From Podarcis melisellensis (Eukaryota): a DNA stretch of 64,000 bases. Position 1 is the stretch's first letter. Each line of letters opens with the position of its first letter. Below, in pieces: positions 1 to 13,817 of this stretch. The notes beneath the pieces were generated by a model. That model did not search any database. It saw only the letters and a list, made by a program, of their open reading frames with translations, and was not told where the DNA came from. The stretch is from assembly GCA_964234715.1 (NCBI GenBank), contig OZ174286.1; one strand, 5' to 3'. Both the position numbers and the translations under genes were made by a program.

Positions 1-1490
1 ATACCATGATTTAACAAGGTTAGAAAGTAATATAAAAAATAGGTATATTTGTGGCATAAAGCTATACATTGCATACAAAGCTGGTGCAATATCTATAAAG
101 AACTCAAACATTTTAAAGCTTTCCTCCCAACGGAAGGGAACCTTTGACTCAAACCCTTAATTTCTGCAGACAAAGTACAATAATAATGGAATGACAGATT
201 TCATTAAGTCAACAGCAGATTTCTGCTCTTAATTTCCATCAGCCCCATACTTACCACATCACACTACAGTGCTCAGTGCTTCGGTCTCGCCATCAATTCC
301 CCACTTCTTGGTTATAATTCAAGCTTTCCTTCCAACTATTCAGTCCCTTTCATATTCCTTCCTGTGCACCATGCCAGCCCCCCCTCTCAGTCCCCAGTAT
401 TATGTAGTTCTGACATGTTGCCAAGCTTACTGAACTTCTCATTCTGCCTAATGCGCACAGCAGTAGAAGGAAAATAGTTTGATGGTATATGTCAAGACTC
501 CTGGATAAGGGGCAAATCCAGATGCAATGGCGTAATGATAATAGAAGTGCAGTGAAATACCTGATATTGAAATTAATGGTGTGAGAGGAGATATATGACT
601 TTTGAGAGTGAATGGGAAATGGACATGGAAGATTGCTGTACATACAAATCGGATCTGTTTTTTTTAAAAAAAATAAATTGTTCATTATACTTATGCCATA
701 AACAAAATGCTTAAGAAATGCCAAAGTTTTTTTAAAAAATAATTTTTATTAAAGATTTTTATGAACTACAAATAACTTTCAATTTCTTTCTCTTTTTTTG
801 ATCAGATTATAAAGTATTTTGGTGCGTTCAATGTAAAATGTAAAACAATATGTTTCTAAAGGTAGGGGAAGAGGGGTTTTCACGTCGCTGTCAATTCTGT
901 ATATTTGTTGGTTTATATTGGCGATGAGAGAAGATTTGGAGGGGGAGCAGGGCATGTTTGTTTGCCTTTAATTGCCTTTGATTAACAGTTGTGAGATTTG
1001 TATGTGTTTGCGGAAGGGGGATATGGAATATTGTGTCAAGTTAACCATATTGATCAGTATGCTAGTGGAAGATCCCTGCTATTACTGTTGTCAGTTTGAG
1101 CCATGAATGTGTCATCTTTCTTTTGTCCTCAGGTCAGTTTTAGTCTGTTTGTTAACTTTTCTAACAAGGCCATTTCCCATACAATTGGTACCAGTGGTCC
1201 ATGCTTACTCCAGACAAGTCACTTCAGTGTCTTAACTATGACGTTTCTGGCTGCCAAGAGTAGGTGGGTTATAAGGTCTTTATGGTGCAAGTGAGCATTA
1301 TTGTCTTGGAAAATATTTAATAGGGCCAATTCTGGGGTAGGTTCTAATAAGTGTTTAGTTGTGTTACATACTTTTTGTAGGACTGCTGTCCAAAAGGATT
1401 GGATTCGGGGACGTTGCCACCACATGTGGAGGCATGTGCCTGTATAAATACAGCCTCTCCAGCATTTTGGTAAGCTTCCTGGGTGTATTA

Positions 1491-1645
1491 CAGTGGTACC
1501 TCCGGTTTCGCCTCGCACTGCTGCCATGCAACTTCTGCTCGCATCCTGGGGCAAAGTTTGCAACAAGGGGATCTACTTTGGGTTAGCGGAGCTCGTAACC
1601 CGCCGCATTCACAAGGAGGATGGTACATAACACGAGGTTCCACTG
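1491..1645. mobile_element. Tc1/mariner (Tigger-like) MITE nested in the L1
   Basis: TIRs CAGTGGTACCTC...GAGGTTCCACTG with TA on both sides (1489-1490, 1646-1647). Removing it restores the L1 frame HLTLRKLAL|IHPGSLPKCWRGC. Confidence 0.85.
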
Positions 1646-1940
1646 TAATGCCAATTTCCTCAGTGTCAGATGCTATTGTTAAGTTTCAAAACGAGTTTCC
1701 TTCTTTTGGCTGAGATTTGAAGGGAGATTTGGACCACATTGGGTAGAGTTTATTTGGTATCCTTTGTCATGTTCCCATTGTTTTTTAATAGTGTCAGGTG
1801 ATATTGTGGGGTTATGGAGCAATATATCGTGGATACCATCCCCTTACTATGTCCATCTGCCGACAAAAGAAGGCTTTCAAAGGTGGTCAAGGGCCTAGTG
1901 GCCACTGCTTTTACTGCTAGGTTATTTAGAAAAGCATGTA

Positions 1941-2109
1941 CCGTATTTTTCCGTCTATAAGACGCCCCCATGTATAAGATGCCACCCCCCCATTTTGGGG
2001 GACTCAAATTTAAGAAAAGGGGGGGATGTATCTGTGTATAAGATGCCCCCTAATTTTTGACATTATTTTTAAGGGGAAAAAACCTAGTCTTATACACAGG
2101 AAAATATGG
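1941..2109. mobile_element. Tc1/mariner-superfamily (pogo/Tc2-like) MITE nested in the L1
   Basis: TIRs CCGTATTTTTCCGTCTATAAGAC / GTCTTATACACAGGAAAATATGG with TA duplications. Removing it restores the L1 frame WLKHHQL|HAFLNN. Confidence 0.85.
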
Positions 2110-4619
2110 TAGTTGATGGTGTTTTAACCAGGGTACTTGAATGTCTCCTAATTTATCCTTTATTTCCTATGTTGATATGGGTATAGGCCTTTGGTTTGCC
2201 ATGTTTCTCTGTGGAAGGTTTGAGCTGCATTGGAAGGGTTTGGAATAAGAAGGTTAATTTTGGGAGAATGATCATTTTTATCTGGCTATTTTATCTGAGA
2301 GAGTAAAGTTAGATTTATTCCATCTTTTCAGGTCTTTATCAATTTATTGCCAGAGAGGCTTGTAATTTTGTAGGTGTAATTTGTTAAGGTTTCTGGTTAT
2401 TTGTACCCCTAAGTATCTAAACTTGGTACGGTGGAGCTTTATCTTCGTGATGTTGGTGAATTCTTTTTGGATATGAGAGGGAGTGTTGAAGCACATCGCC
2501 TCAGATTTAGCAAAGTTCACCTGAAGGCCTGACACCATTGCAAAAGTGTTGAGTTCTTCAGTCAGAGTGGTTGCTGTTTTAATTGGGCCTAGTGTCATGA
2601 ACATCAAGTCGTCCGCAAAGAGTCCTAGTTTATATGTTTTGCTTGTTAATTCCATACCCATGATACTAGGGGCTACCCGGAGATGAATTGCTATGGGTTC
2701 CAGGGTCACGATGAATAGAAAGGGAGACAGCGGGCATCCTTGCTTCATGCCTCTTTGGATTGCAATGGTGGTGGAATCCATATTGTTGATTATGCATTTA
2801 GCTGAAGCTTGAGAGTAAATTTGTCTGAGGGTTTGTAGTACAGAAGGACCGAAGTTCATGCTGGTTAATACTGCTAGTAGGTATTTCCACTCAAAGCAAT
2901 CAAAGGCTTTTGGTATATCTAGGGACATAATTGTCGGTGGGTTTTTAGTTGTTTTGCTATGGTTGATCAGTTCAGTAACTTACTGATGGGATTTGTTATG
3001 TTGCAACAAGGGACAAAGCCAGCTCGGTCTGGGGCTATTAGCTTGTGCAGGAAGACTTAGCCAGGATTGCTGTGAATATTTTGTACTCCTGATTTATCAG
3101 TGAGATCGGGCAATATAATTCTACTTTGAGGCTATCTTTGAATGCTTTTGGGATAGAGACTATTTTGGAGGAGGTCCAGATTTTTGGGATGGGAGGTCCT
3201 TATAGGATGTCAATAAATAGGCGAGTCATGTAGGGTGCCAGACTTATCTTGATTTTTTTCAAATAGAATTCTGCTGTGAAGCCATCTGGGCCTGGGATTT
3301 CAGATTTTTGAAGAGCATCTCTAATTCCTTTGAGGCGATAGGACTGTCCATGAATTCACATTGCTCTGCAGTTAAAATTGGCATGGATAGTCCTACTAAA
3401 AAGGTTTTGATTTCTTACTCATACGGGTTCTGGGAAGCGTATAGATTAGAGTTAAATTCCACAAATTCTGAAGTTATTTTTTTAGAGGATAATGTTGTGT
3501 TTCATCTTTTTAAGTAATGCAGTGTAGTCTTGTTTTAAGTGATTTTTCCCCCTGCACCTGTTTGCTAATAGTCTGGAGTTTTCCCCTCCATACTTGTAAA
3601 ATTGTTGTTTTGAGTATAGTGTTGATCATTGTTTTATTAATTTCTACTGAGTCAATCTCCCTTCCTTTTTGTTCTATGAATTTATGAAGTTTTTAAAGCT
3701 CCTGCTTGTTTGTATCGTGTTGAAAGAGCTGTGGTGTCTTATTCAAGCTTGCTAATTTTTGAGGTTTGTTTTTTGAGTGATGCTTTCTCTTTTATGCAAG
3801 CTCCTTTAGCGACCGCTTTCATTGCGTCCCAGAGAAGGGGGCTTGTTAAGTTGTCTGCATCATTTTCCTTGAAATAGTTTTGAAGAGTTTTCATGAGACT
3901 TTCTCTAGTTACTTGGTTTGTGGTTAGGATAGGGCTAAAGGACCATGATGGAGTGGTTTGTGTTCCCTCTCCTAATTTAAGGGTAGTTTCCACAGGGCAT
4001 GGTCTGTTACCTTGATGTTACCTATGTTTGTTGTTTCAACCAAGGAGATCAGGCTTTATGTGAGCAGAATGCTATCTAGTCTGAACGTTGTGCCATGGCG
4101 CCCGGACTGGAATGTGTGACTGGTGTCTCCTGGGGTTTTTTCACCCCACATGTCCTGTAGGCCTCGATTTTTTAGCATTTTTTAATGATTTCCAGGTGGA
4201 AATCCTGCCACCCTCTCACATAAGTTGGAACTTGTTAAGTAAATGGTAAGAATGAAACCTTGGTTAAAATCCTTGATTGTTGCTTGGCCTCCAGGATGCT
4301 CATTATCCTAGCACAAAAATTTCAGGAAGGGACTGGTATAGTGGATAACAGCTGTCCCATTCCTAGCTATGTGCATTTGAATCCTACTGAAGACTGAGCT
4401 TGTGTGTGCTGAGTGTAAGATTGAACCATTGCTTTTGAATAAGCTGATCACTCTTAGACACTCCCTTTTCACTGCCAGAGCTGACGAGTAAGCAAACTAG
4501 TCTTAGCGTTCTTCTGTGGATAAAAAACATTGCACCTCTTTAATTTGTGCAGCAGAGTAGAAAGCTAGCAAAGTTCGTAAAAGAACTAACAAATTTAAGA
4601 AAGGCTAATTTCACTTACC

Positions 4620-4770
4620 TCTTGTTCTTCCTCCAAGGAGCTTGGGGCTGTGTATGTGATTCTCCACTAACTTCATCCTCTCAGCACCCATGTGATGTAG
4701 GTTAGGTTATGAAGTGGTTCACCGACTGAACAGGAATTTGAACCCAGATCTGTCAGATCCTAGCCTGAGC
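4620..4770 (-). mobile_element. Degenerate MIR-like tRNA-derived SINE
   Basis: Minus strand has a B-box-like GGGTTCAAATTCC. Resembles the plus-strand copy at 53950-54150. Ends approximate. Confidence 0.45.
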
Positions 4771-5109
4771 CACAATTTGGCTATTCCTGCACTGTTCACT
4801 ATTTCATAATTCTTCTATCATATTATTTTCACATACATATCCCAAATGCTATTTTCAGTTTCTCCGAAGGAAAGCCAGATGCATTCTAGATAAAGTCCAA
4901 ATTGAGCAGGTCTGGGGAGGGGAGGGGCGATTTCCTTACTTTACTAACTAAAGCAAACTTCTGCTCCAATGGTTTTCCTGAACCAGTATGCTGCCACCAT
5001 TTAATATCACTTACACTCTTTGCTGTCTTAACTTACCAATACTCCATGGAACAAAGCCAATCAGGTCTAGGTACTATATTAAACAAAGATATTAAAAGTA
5101 TTATTTAAT

Positions 5110-5148
5110 ACAGGATTATATATTGCACAGGATTATATATTGCACAGG
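5110..5148. repeat. Short tandem duplication of ACAGGATTATATATTGC (2 copies plus a partial)
   Basis: Read directly from the sequence. Confidence 0.85.
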
Positions 5149-5179
5149 TTTAATATAGTACTGTCTCTTTAAATGGGTA

Positions 5180-5223
<44 letters not shown>

Positions 5224-5247
5224 ATCTATCTATCTATTTATCTATCT
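5180..5247. repeat. (TATC)n microsatellite
   Basis: Read directly from the sequence. Confidence 0.95.
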
Positions 5248-6459
5248 TACTTATTAAATTTCTATCCTGCCTTTCCTCCCAAAGGAGCCCAGGTAAACAC
5301 ATTGATAACTTCTTACTGTTGCTTTAAATGCCAACAGCTTATTTTGCACTACTGTTACTAAACTAAGAGAGCTTAGAGGAACCAGTCATTATGAAAGCTC
5401 CTCTGCTAGACTGCTCTTGTATTTACTGCACCCCATTTAAGCCCCACCAACACATTTGAGAGCTCTATTTCAAACCCTACTTGACCTATTGAATCAAAGG
5501 TCTGTTTTTGCTGTCCTGTTGTGGACTCTTTTCTCTGCCTCTCCTGCCAAGCACCAGAGCCTAGTATTCCATACTGCCTCTCACTTCTGCTCTTCATAGA
5601 CAGGTTATCTTCTCATCATCCATACCAAGTGATTCAGCTACCCTAGTAAGTCTTAGGCTACCTAGTCACTCTGCCTTCCTTTCAGGTCTTCTTCCTTCTT
5701 CTTCAATTCTTCTCTTGGTCGTTGTCATCTTCTTCTGCATTCACCACAGAAGCCAACCATCAACCAAAACAAACCGACCCTGACTGACTAGCACCCAGCC
5801 ATATATTCATTTTTTCTGCCTCCAAACCCCCAGTCTAGCTCCAGCCAGTCACAATAAGAATTATGAGCCGCAACCACCAGGATACTATGCATACTTTCTA
5901 TCCTTCTTTTGCATACTGAGACTTCTGTTTCCAACCCCTACTCAACTGTCTCTTAAGGCCCCTCAGTGACAGATAAACCAAAGTTCACCTTACCAGACTT
6001 CCCCCATCAAACACATTGCAACATACATTACAATACGAATGACACAATATCCATTAAAAGCAGTTCAAACAAATTGGTTTTCTTTACAAGGTCTAAAAGG
6101 GGTAGGGGGATAGTGGTGTTACCTCCAGTCCTGCTACTGCTGTATACTATCCTTCCCTTAAGAAGAAAGGTGCAGCTTCAACAAAAATCTGGAAGTTTGT
6201 GCTGCCGCAACTATAATGGCATCCTGTGTAGACAGCTTTTCTCCAGCCAGTATCTCCTTTTGTATAAAGACCAGTTCTATATACATCAGAAGTTTTATCT
6301 ATCCTATTCATGAAAAATTTGGTTTGATGCAGATATCAAACTAGCTACGCATTTCATGTTGAGCATACTCCCTGTGCAGCAAGAAAACTGCTAGCACATT
6401 TGCAAAGTTAAGTAGGGTCCGGTATGGTTTCACATTGGATGAGGAGCCACGTCTTGCAG

Positions 6460-6529
6460 TTCCTACATTGCAGGGGGTTGGACTAGATGACCCTCTGTGC
6501 CCCTTCCAACTCCTCAATTCTGTGATTCT
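6460..6529 (+). mobile_element. CR1-type 3' end fragment
   Basis: GCAGGGGGTTGGACTAGATGACCC...CCTTCCAACTC...ATTCTGTGATTCT, the typical CR1 3' terminus with ATTCTRTG repeats. Confidence 0.8.
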
Positions 6530-8121
6530 GCTAGTTCAGTAAAATGTATTTTTCCAAACTTCCATTTTTGCCTACCAAGTTGCTACATGTGAGAGTCTTT
6601 TTCCTTCTTTTTCCTGACATAACTACCACTTTCTATCATCACTAGTTTTCCATTAAATTACAAATATGCACTAAGTACGTTTGGATGTTCTTATTCCATT
6701 ACCCCCATTTCTAGACTTTAGTTCTGTGGTCTAGCATTAAATTTTAAGAATGCCAGTGTAAAAATGTGTAGGCTTGCCTTTTAAACAAGCTGTTAAAAAT
6801 GTTCCAAGTATTGTTTCATCAGTATAGCTTGAAAGCATAGTTTTGCTTATGGTATTCCTTTTTAATATTAGTCTATATTGTAGTTTTTAAAGCCTTCATT
6901 GATTTTCATGTGTTCAGTTGACCCTGTGCTATAGTTTTAAGTTGCTCAGCTGACAACCATGCTCATAACACCTTGGCAACAACTGTGTGAATAAGTTCAC
7001 TCCATGTGTGTGATAACTCGATATAGATATAGATATGTATGAGAATGAATGAGAAAACTGGGTTTGAATTGAAACACTTCAAATATTAACTCCCCTAGAG
7101 TTTTGGTGTAGGATAGTACTGTTTATAACAGTCAAGGGTTGGCTTTTAGAGTCTGATGAATCAAAGTCCACAGTGTAAGACTGCAGCTTTTTGTGTGCAA
7201 GAAAGAGGCATCTGTGTTATAACAAGAGGAGGAGACCCAATGTAGACAAAGCCAGAGTTCCTTCATAAAAAAGGAATGAATTATTTTCTAGCTGGAGTAA
7301 ATATTTATACAAACAAACTTTTCTTTTCAGCTGCTCATCAGGATTGCTATCGCACTACCAACTTGGCTAGAAAATTGGTTTTCGTTGCCCAACACGGCTG
7401 CACGTGGTGATAGGGAGGCGGATGAGGAGTTCAGACAAAACTGGCTTGTCTCAAAGTAGAGCGAGAAGATTTGGCTGTTTGAAATAAAATGCAGAGTGAT
7501 TAGGGGGGGGGGGGTTATGTCCAAATCAAGCAGGAAGCAGGAGCTAGATAGTATGAAAAGTGTAAGGAAACTCAAGAATCTAGAATGCAAGAGCTAATTT
7601 TAATTAATGCTGAAGGGGTTTCTAATGCATTCATATACATGTTGCTTGAGGCGTGGTGGTTTTTCGTGGCATGGTCCTCTCTTGGTGGCATGCTTATTAT
7701 TTGTTTTGTTTTCTTTTTTTTTTCATGATTATTTTTTATTGCTTTGTTTCATAGAAGTAAGACATAAAAGTAAAACATATATAGACAAACACAACTGAAA
7801 ATGTTACACCGAGAAGAATGGTGTTACAATAGAAAAGAAAAATACATACAAAAGTATCTTTAAGAAATATAAGAGAAGTATACACAGATCAAACAATGTG
7901 GTTAATGTGAAAATTTAAGTCTGTGTATACTTCTATTATTTGTTTTGTTTTCATGTGATGGTGTTGTAATTTGGCCTTGCAGTTTTCCAACTTGTCCGAC
8001 ATGAGCAAGGGTGTTATTGTGTGCTGGTGAACAGTGAGCTAAATATTTGGTGGCAAATTCTCATATTTATATGCAAGCTTGGTTTCTCATATTTCCATCA
8101 GTCTGTGAGGGTAACCAGGGG

Positions 8122-8124
<3 letters not shown>

Positions 8125-8164
<40 letters not shown>

Positions 8165-8174
8165 ATGTATGTAT
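8125..8174. repeat. (GT)n / (GTAT)n microsatellite
   Basis: Read directly from the sequence. Confidence 0.95.
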
Positions 8175-10376
8175 ACATACTTCTAACACATCCTTGGAAA
8201 TGGACACAATTTTTTATGTATGTCAACACAACAAACAATGATAAAGTCTCCACTATTGCAGTATGCTGATCTTTAGACTCCTTAACTATTTGGTCATGCT
8301 GTAATACAAATAACACCTTCAACCATGTCAGACACCTAAACCAGATCAACACAAAAAGCTGATGAAAATTAATAAACAGAATCTCCCCTAATGATTTACC
8401 CAAACATTTCCATAACATTGTATCTACTTAGAAATGTTTATATGTGTTATGCACATGTGTATAACTTTTCTAAAAAGAACAACAACAAAAAGAACAGAAC
8501 TTTCATTCTAAACAGCACAGTAGTTTATTTTGGCATTACTCCCCGCACCAAAAAATAAAAATAAAAAATTACAACAGCCTCTATAATTTCCTTTATAATT
8601 CTGAATTTTTTGAATAATCAAGACATGTCTTGAAGAAGCAATACATCATTTGACACCCCACAATAATAATATAACAGTATTCAGCTGTCTCAAACATAGT
8701 ATTAATAGTAAGAGAGGAAAATTACACTTCACTGTATTACACTCTCATACAAGAATACTGTTTTAACTTAAGGGAGAGGGAACAATGTTATATCAAGTCT
8801 GCTAGCAAATAGCTATGGTATTTTTCTTCCAATGTCCAAATAGAGGTTTTAGCTCAAAAGTGTTATTACCGTATTTCATATATTAATAGCATCATGCAAT
8901 CATGGAAGTTTTAAGATTCTTTCCACAGCTAAACATGTCTATTATTGTAAATATATCTATTTATTTAACTGCATTTTTATACCAATTGTAAATAAAACAT
9001 TTAACCTGCTTACAAATGTAGCCACCAAGAATTTGTCATACATTGCCCCATACTAAATTGTTGGTCACACACAGACATGCCCAAGCCACATCAAATACCT
9101 TAAATCATTTCTGCCACCTCCACCCTTTGTTCTATATCAAAAAGGAAGCAAAAAGCATCATGTTACTTTATCCTGGGTTCTTTACAATGCTTCCCATTAG
9201 CCCCCAAATAATTTATTTTTATTCAGCAAAATCTATATACCACATGATTGTAGTGAAACCTCTAAGCAATTTACAAGAAATATTAAAATTATCAATAAGA
9301 ACAGTTAAAAACAATTAAAATAAGTAAAATTAACAGTTAAACAGGCTAGCAAGCCCTAAAGTAGCCTAATGCTTATGGGGCAAAAAGCTGTATTTCCAAA
9401 AAAAGTTTCCTTTTTAAAGGGGTCGTTTGAATCTTAAAATAAGAAGGCTAAAGTATAAGTAACCTTTGTTATGCTAAAATCTGAGGTGTTTTAAAGTCCT
9501 TCCAAGTACTTTGGCATTGTACCTAACGAAATATTCTTACAATTCTTGCTGAATTTAGTCTGAGTATGATTAACAAAGATGTTGTAGGTTGGTTGGACTT
9601 GAAAGGTTACATTCCAGGCATACACAAGTAAATTCTTATTCAGATGGCAGTGAAAATGTTTAAATAATATCATTCACTTGTTAATATCTTTATGATACAG
9701 TCCTAAACATATTAACTACCATGCAAGATCCATTCAAATTAGTGGGATTACAGTACATCTCACTGAGTGAACATGTTTATAAAATAAAGATTGTAAAGTA
9801 CTTTTTGCACCACATGACTTTTAGTAAGTAGTAGACACAAAAACTGAACACACAAGGTGCATTTGAAATATTTCAAGGGTTGCTTATTTCGATTCAACTT
9901 TTAAGTTTAATGAGCATTTTCAGTTTTAATCGCACAATGATAGTTGTTGTTGTTGTTAATATAATTTAACAATTTCACTATAAGGACCAAAATTATATAA
10001 TAAAGAGTAATTGAAAGACTGATATAGGAGCAAAGGAGTTAAAGCAGAGAACTGTAAATTTACGATTACACCAACCAGACTAGTTCCTGTTTTGTTTGTA
10101 TTTTATTCTGTTTTCTCTTCTTGTCTAGATTTTTCCCCCCATTCATAGCTATGGAGAACTGACTGACTTGCTGTAAATGCTAGTTTTCACAGTAGTTTGT
10201 TGTATGCATTCATTTTGTTGCTAGTCCTTGAGCTATACTTATAGAGAACACAAGGTGGAGAACCTTTCGGGCAGTTCGGGGGAAAGCCATACCCAATAGC
10301 TTTGTAAAAAGCAAACATAATTTGGGGTTTCTTACAGGCTGTTTTCACATACAGCTACCATAGAAACTAATTTTAA

Positions 10377-10613
<237 letters not shown>

Positions 10614-11889
10614 TAAGTGTTTATTTACTTGGATTTTATATCTGAGACTTACATCAGACTAAACGTGTCTAGGATTATGCTATAAGATTCAATTCTATGG
10701 ACTAAAATTCAAAATTGTGGGCTAATGTAATTTCCGTAACTTCTTGTCTGATTGAATGGCAGTTCCATTGAAGCTGATAGAAATCTTAATTGGCTTTTGT
10801 GGAAAATGCCATAAAAGTTTGTGGAACGTATATGTAAAAATACAATTTGTATCTCTGGTTTGACACAAGTCTTCTAGTCCAGTATTTTTCATACCTTTGG
10901 GAGGATTAATCCTGTTCCTAATTTCTAGTTAATATATCCGAGGATTTCAGAATTGGATGTAATGTAAGCTTGTTACATCGTCTGAGCATTCATAGTATTC
11001 TGTTTCATTCTGAGGGGTCAGGGAGAGGGTATTAACATTTATCAGTGGCTTTACAGCATGTCTGATGAAATATACATTATGATATAAAACTTCTGCCGTC
11101 ACCCAAAATGGTCTGCCTTTAACCTTGGCTCTTAAACGCTAGCTCAAGCAAAATTTTAAAGTATTCTGCAAAATGATCAGGGTTCAAAATTTGCTAGGTC
11201 TCCTGCAGAAGCGAATTCCATAGTAGTAGGCAGCCACTGGGAACAATATTTACATGCCCTTGCTTTTAAAATAGCCTCTCTGTAAGTAAAGTCAAGAGAG
11301 TGCTTTTAAAGGTCACAGTGGCACGTAAGTGAGAAAGAAGTCTCTGAGATATGCAGGATCAAAGGTTTTATAAGGATAAAACATCAGTTTTATTTATGCC
11401 CAGATGCTTGAGCTCTAGTGTTTTGGTTTGTAGTGCATTGTCTAGCCTCTGCAGCAACAGCAAAGTTGTCGGGACTCATGAGCAGGTCACAACAAAAGGG
11501 AGAGTTGATAAAAAGATACCCCGGTCACAGTTGAAGATAATTTTCTAGCCCAACATTGAATGCTAGAACATCTCACACCTTCAAAGCTGCATAGCCAGAG
11601 ATGACTGGACAGCATCGGTGTTCAGAGTATTTTTACTCCCATTCTCACTAGCTATGAAGATTTTATTTGATGAGCTTAGTTGTAGCCTTGCCTAGATCCA
11701 ATGGACTGAGCTAAAAATGGTCAGATCAGAGTTCTGTAAATTTGAAACTCAATAATCACTGGCTTAGATTGATTCAGTGACCTGGTAGCAGTCAGGGAAA
11801 TGCCTCTGACAAAGACCCTAGGAGCTGCTGCTTCTCAGTGATGATAGCACTAGAGTGGACTCACCTTTTTATTTGTGACAAGGCAAGTT

Positions 11890-12130
11890 GGGTCTTTTGC
11901 CCTGTATTTGTATCCAAGGCAGCTGTCTACCAGTTCCATCTGGTTCCTACCTGCCTGCGCACTGTCTCACCAGAATGGTGCATGCTCTGGTTATTTCCTG
12001 CTTGGATTACTGCAATGCACTCTACAATGGGGCTTCCTTTGAAGGTGACTCCGAAACTACAACTAATCCTGAATGTGGCAGCTAGACTGGTGACTGGGAC
12101 TGGCTGACAGGACCATATAACAACCCCCCT
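11890..12130 (+). mobile_element. L2 LINE fragment (C-terminal to RT)
   Basis: Translates as MVHALVISCLDYCNALY and, after a frameshift, GLPLKVTPKLQLILNVAARLVTG; these are L2 ORF2 motifs. Confidence 0.85.
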
Positions 12131-13106
12131 CAGCAGCATTTTAAAATTCCTGCTCTATGTTCCACCAATCTGCTATGTTAAATTGGATGCAGAAAATGCA
12201 TGTATAAGTGTACCTTCTCATAGAGACACTTTGGATAGAATTCTGCATCCTGTGAGCATAATTATTCTCTTTCTCCACCCCTCACTTTCACATGAACTTC
12301 ATAAAAACAAATAAGTTAAAAGATACAGTAATAGTCTGTCTCTTTCAAAACTTGCACTGTCTTGAGTGTCTCGTTTACTGTGCTGTTCCTTTGAAATAAG
12401 CTGCTCTTGACAGTTGTTCCATCCTCCCACCTGTTGTGTAACATCCTCTAGGAAAATGTATAGCTGCATTGCTGTGGAATGCAAGCTTTAAACTGAAGCA
12501 GGAGTTATAAAATACCTAAACTACTCTCTCACTGTCCTGCTAAACCACTACAAAAGAATTAAAATGAGAACCTCTTGGAAAACCGAGAAGGAATTCAAGA
12601 ACTGTTCTGTTAGTTTCATGTAAGAATGTTACAAAGGCGATACTGAGACCAGTTGTGTGTGTGGAGAAAAGCACCCCATCTCCCATGAGATCTGTTCTGG
12701 ATCATATACCATGAAGGGAATTGTTGAATGCTACAAATTGGTCAGTTCTAACCAACTGACAGCTTAATGCGCCTTTATGCAATATTGCAATTAGCTATTT
12801 ACATGATTGCTTGTGGGGAAGTAGCACTTGCCTCTAGGCAACCAGGTGCAGCCCCACAGCAGGTGTGTGTGTGTGAGCAGCAAAAGAGGCAGAGAGTGAG
12901 TTTGCCAAGTCTGGTTGGCTCCTTGCCCTGCCTGGAGAAAGCGAGTAAGGGTGCTATTCGCTGCTGTGTCTAAAAACTCTAATCTGTAACTGACTCCTTT
13001 TTATTATATACAAGACATCACTTCATTCCCCATTGACTTATTTAAAAGTGAGTACATCCTGATACATTAAAAGGGCAAATTATTGAGGCATGTGTTTTGG
13101 CTGATA

Positions 13107-13109
<3 letters not shown>

Positions 13110-13146
<37 letters not shown>
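13110..13146. repeat. (GT)n microsatellite
   Basis: Read directly from the sequence. Confidence 0.95.
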
Positions 13147-13147
<1 letters not shown>

Positions 13148-13184
13148 AAGCAACATTTTTGCATTCCCTCAGGAAAAAGTGATA

Positions 13185-13330
13185 ATAGAATCACCAAATT
13201 GTAGAGTTGGAAGGGATCCTGATGGTCACCTAGTCCAACCTCCTGCAGTGCAGGAATCTCAACTAGACCATACATGACAGGTGGTCAACCTCTGCTTGAA
13301 AACCTCCAGTAAAGGAGAGCCCACCAGCTT
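13185..13330 (-). mobile_element. CR1-type 3' end fragment
   Basis: ATAGAATC...GTAGAGTTGGAAGGGA...CTAGTCCAACC...TGCTTGAAAACCTCCAGT is the reverse complement of a CR1 3' end. Confidence 0.75.
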
Positions 13331-13529
13331 GGACATACACTCCAGCACAAAATCCAGTATTTGAATCCCACTGATTTCAGTGGAAGTCAAACATGCATTC
13401 AGTTTTCCAGTTTTAAGAAATGGGTCTTTAAAAGAACTTAACTGTGGCTGGATCATGCACTTAGTTGTTCAGATTGAAAGAAACCAACTTTCTGAGGGAC
13501 TTCAATTTGAAACTCAGATCTATATAGAA

Positions 13530-13817
13530 CAGGGGTCGGCAACCTAAAGCCCATGGGCCACAAGCGGCCCACGGGGGTGGTTTAACCATCCCACAAGCCA
13601 TCTTCGAACCGAGCTGCCCGCTTAGCGTGTCCCCGCGCTCTGTGCTAAACCAGCGTGATGCAGGGACTCGCTTTCGTGGCAACGGAAATCTCATCAGCAC
13701 AGACACCGGAAATCGTGTCTGCGCAGATGCCGTAAATTGCGGGGGCACGATCTGGCCCACAGAGGGATCTCCGCTGGAGTGAACCAGCCCAGGCGAGGTA
13801 AACCTTGCTGACCCCTG
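13530..13817. mobile_element. hAT (Charlie-like) non-autonomous DNA transposon
   Basis: TIRs CAGGGGTCGGCAA...TTGCTGACCCCTG; 8-bp TSD ATATAGAA/ATATAGAT; CpG-rich interior. Confidence 0.85.

Larger units (their letters stand above)
727..4200 (-). mobile_element. 5'-truncated, degenerate L1 LINE (ORF2: end of endonuclease, RT, C-terminal Cys-rich region, A-rich tail)
   Basis: ORF 2344..2928 has RT motifs (SLDIPKAFD, RGMKQGCPLSP, LFADD, FRYLGV). ~3995-4125 translates as HTFQSGRHGTTFRLDSILL...VTDHA (endonuclease C-terminus). 1219..1566 has KCWRGC...LHMWW. AATAAA and A-rich tail on the minus strand near 727-750. Many stops and frameshifts. Ends approximate. Confidence 0.92.
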
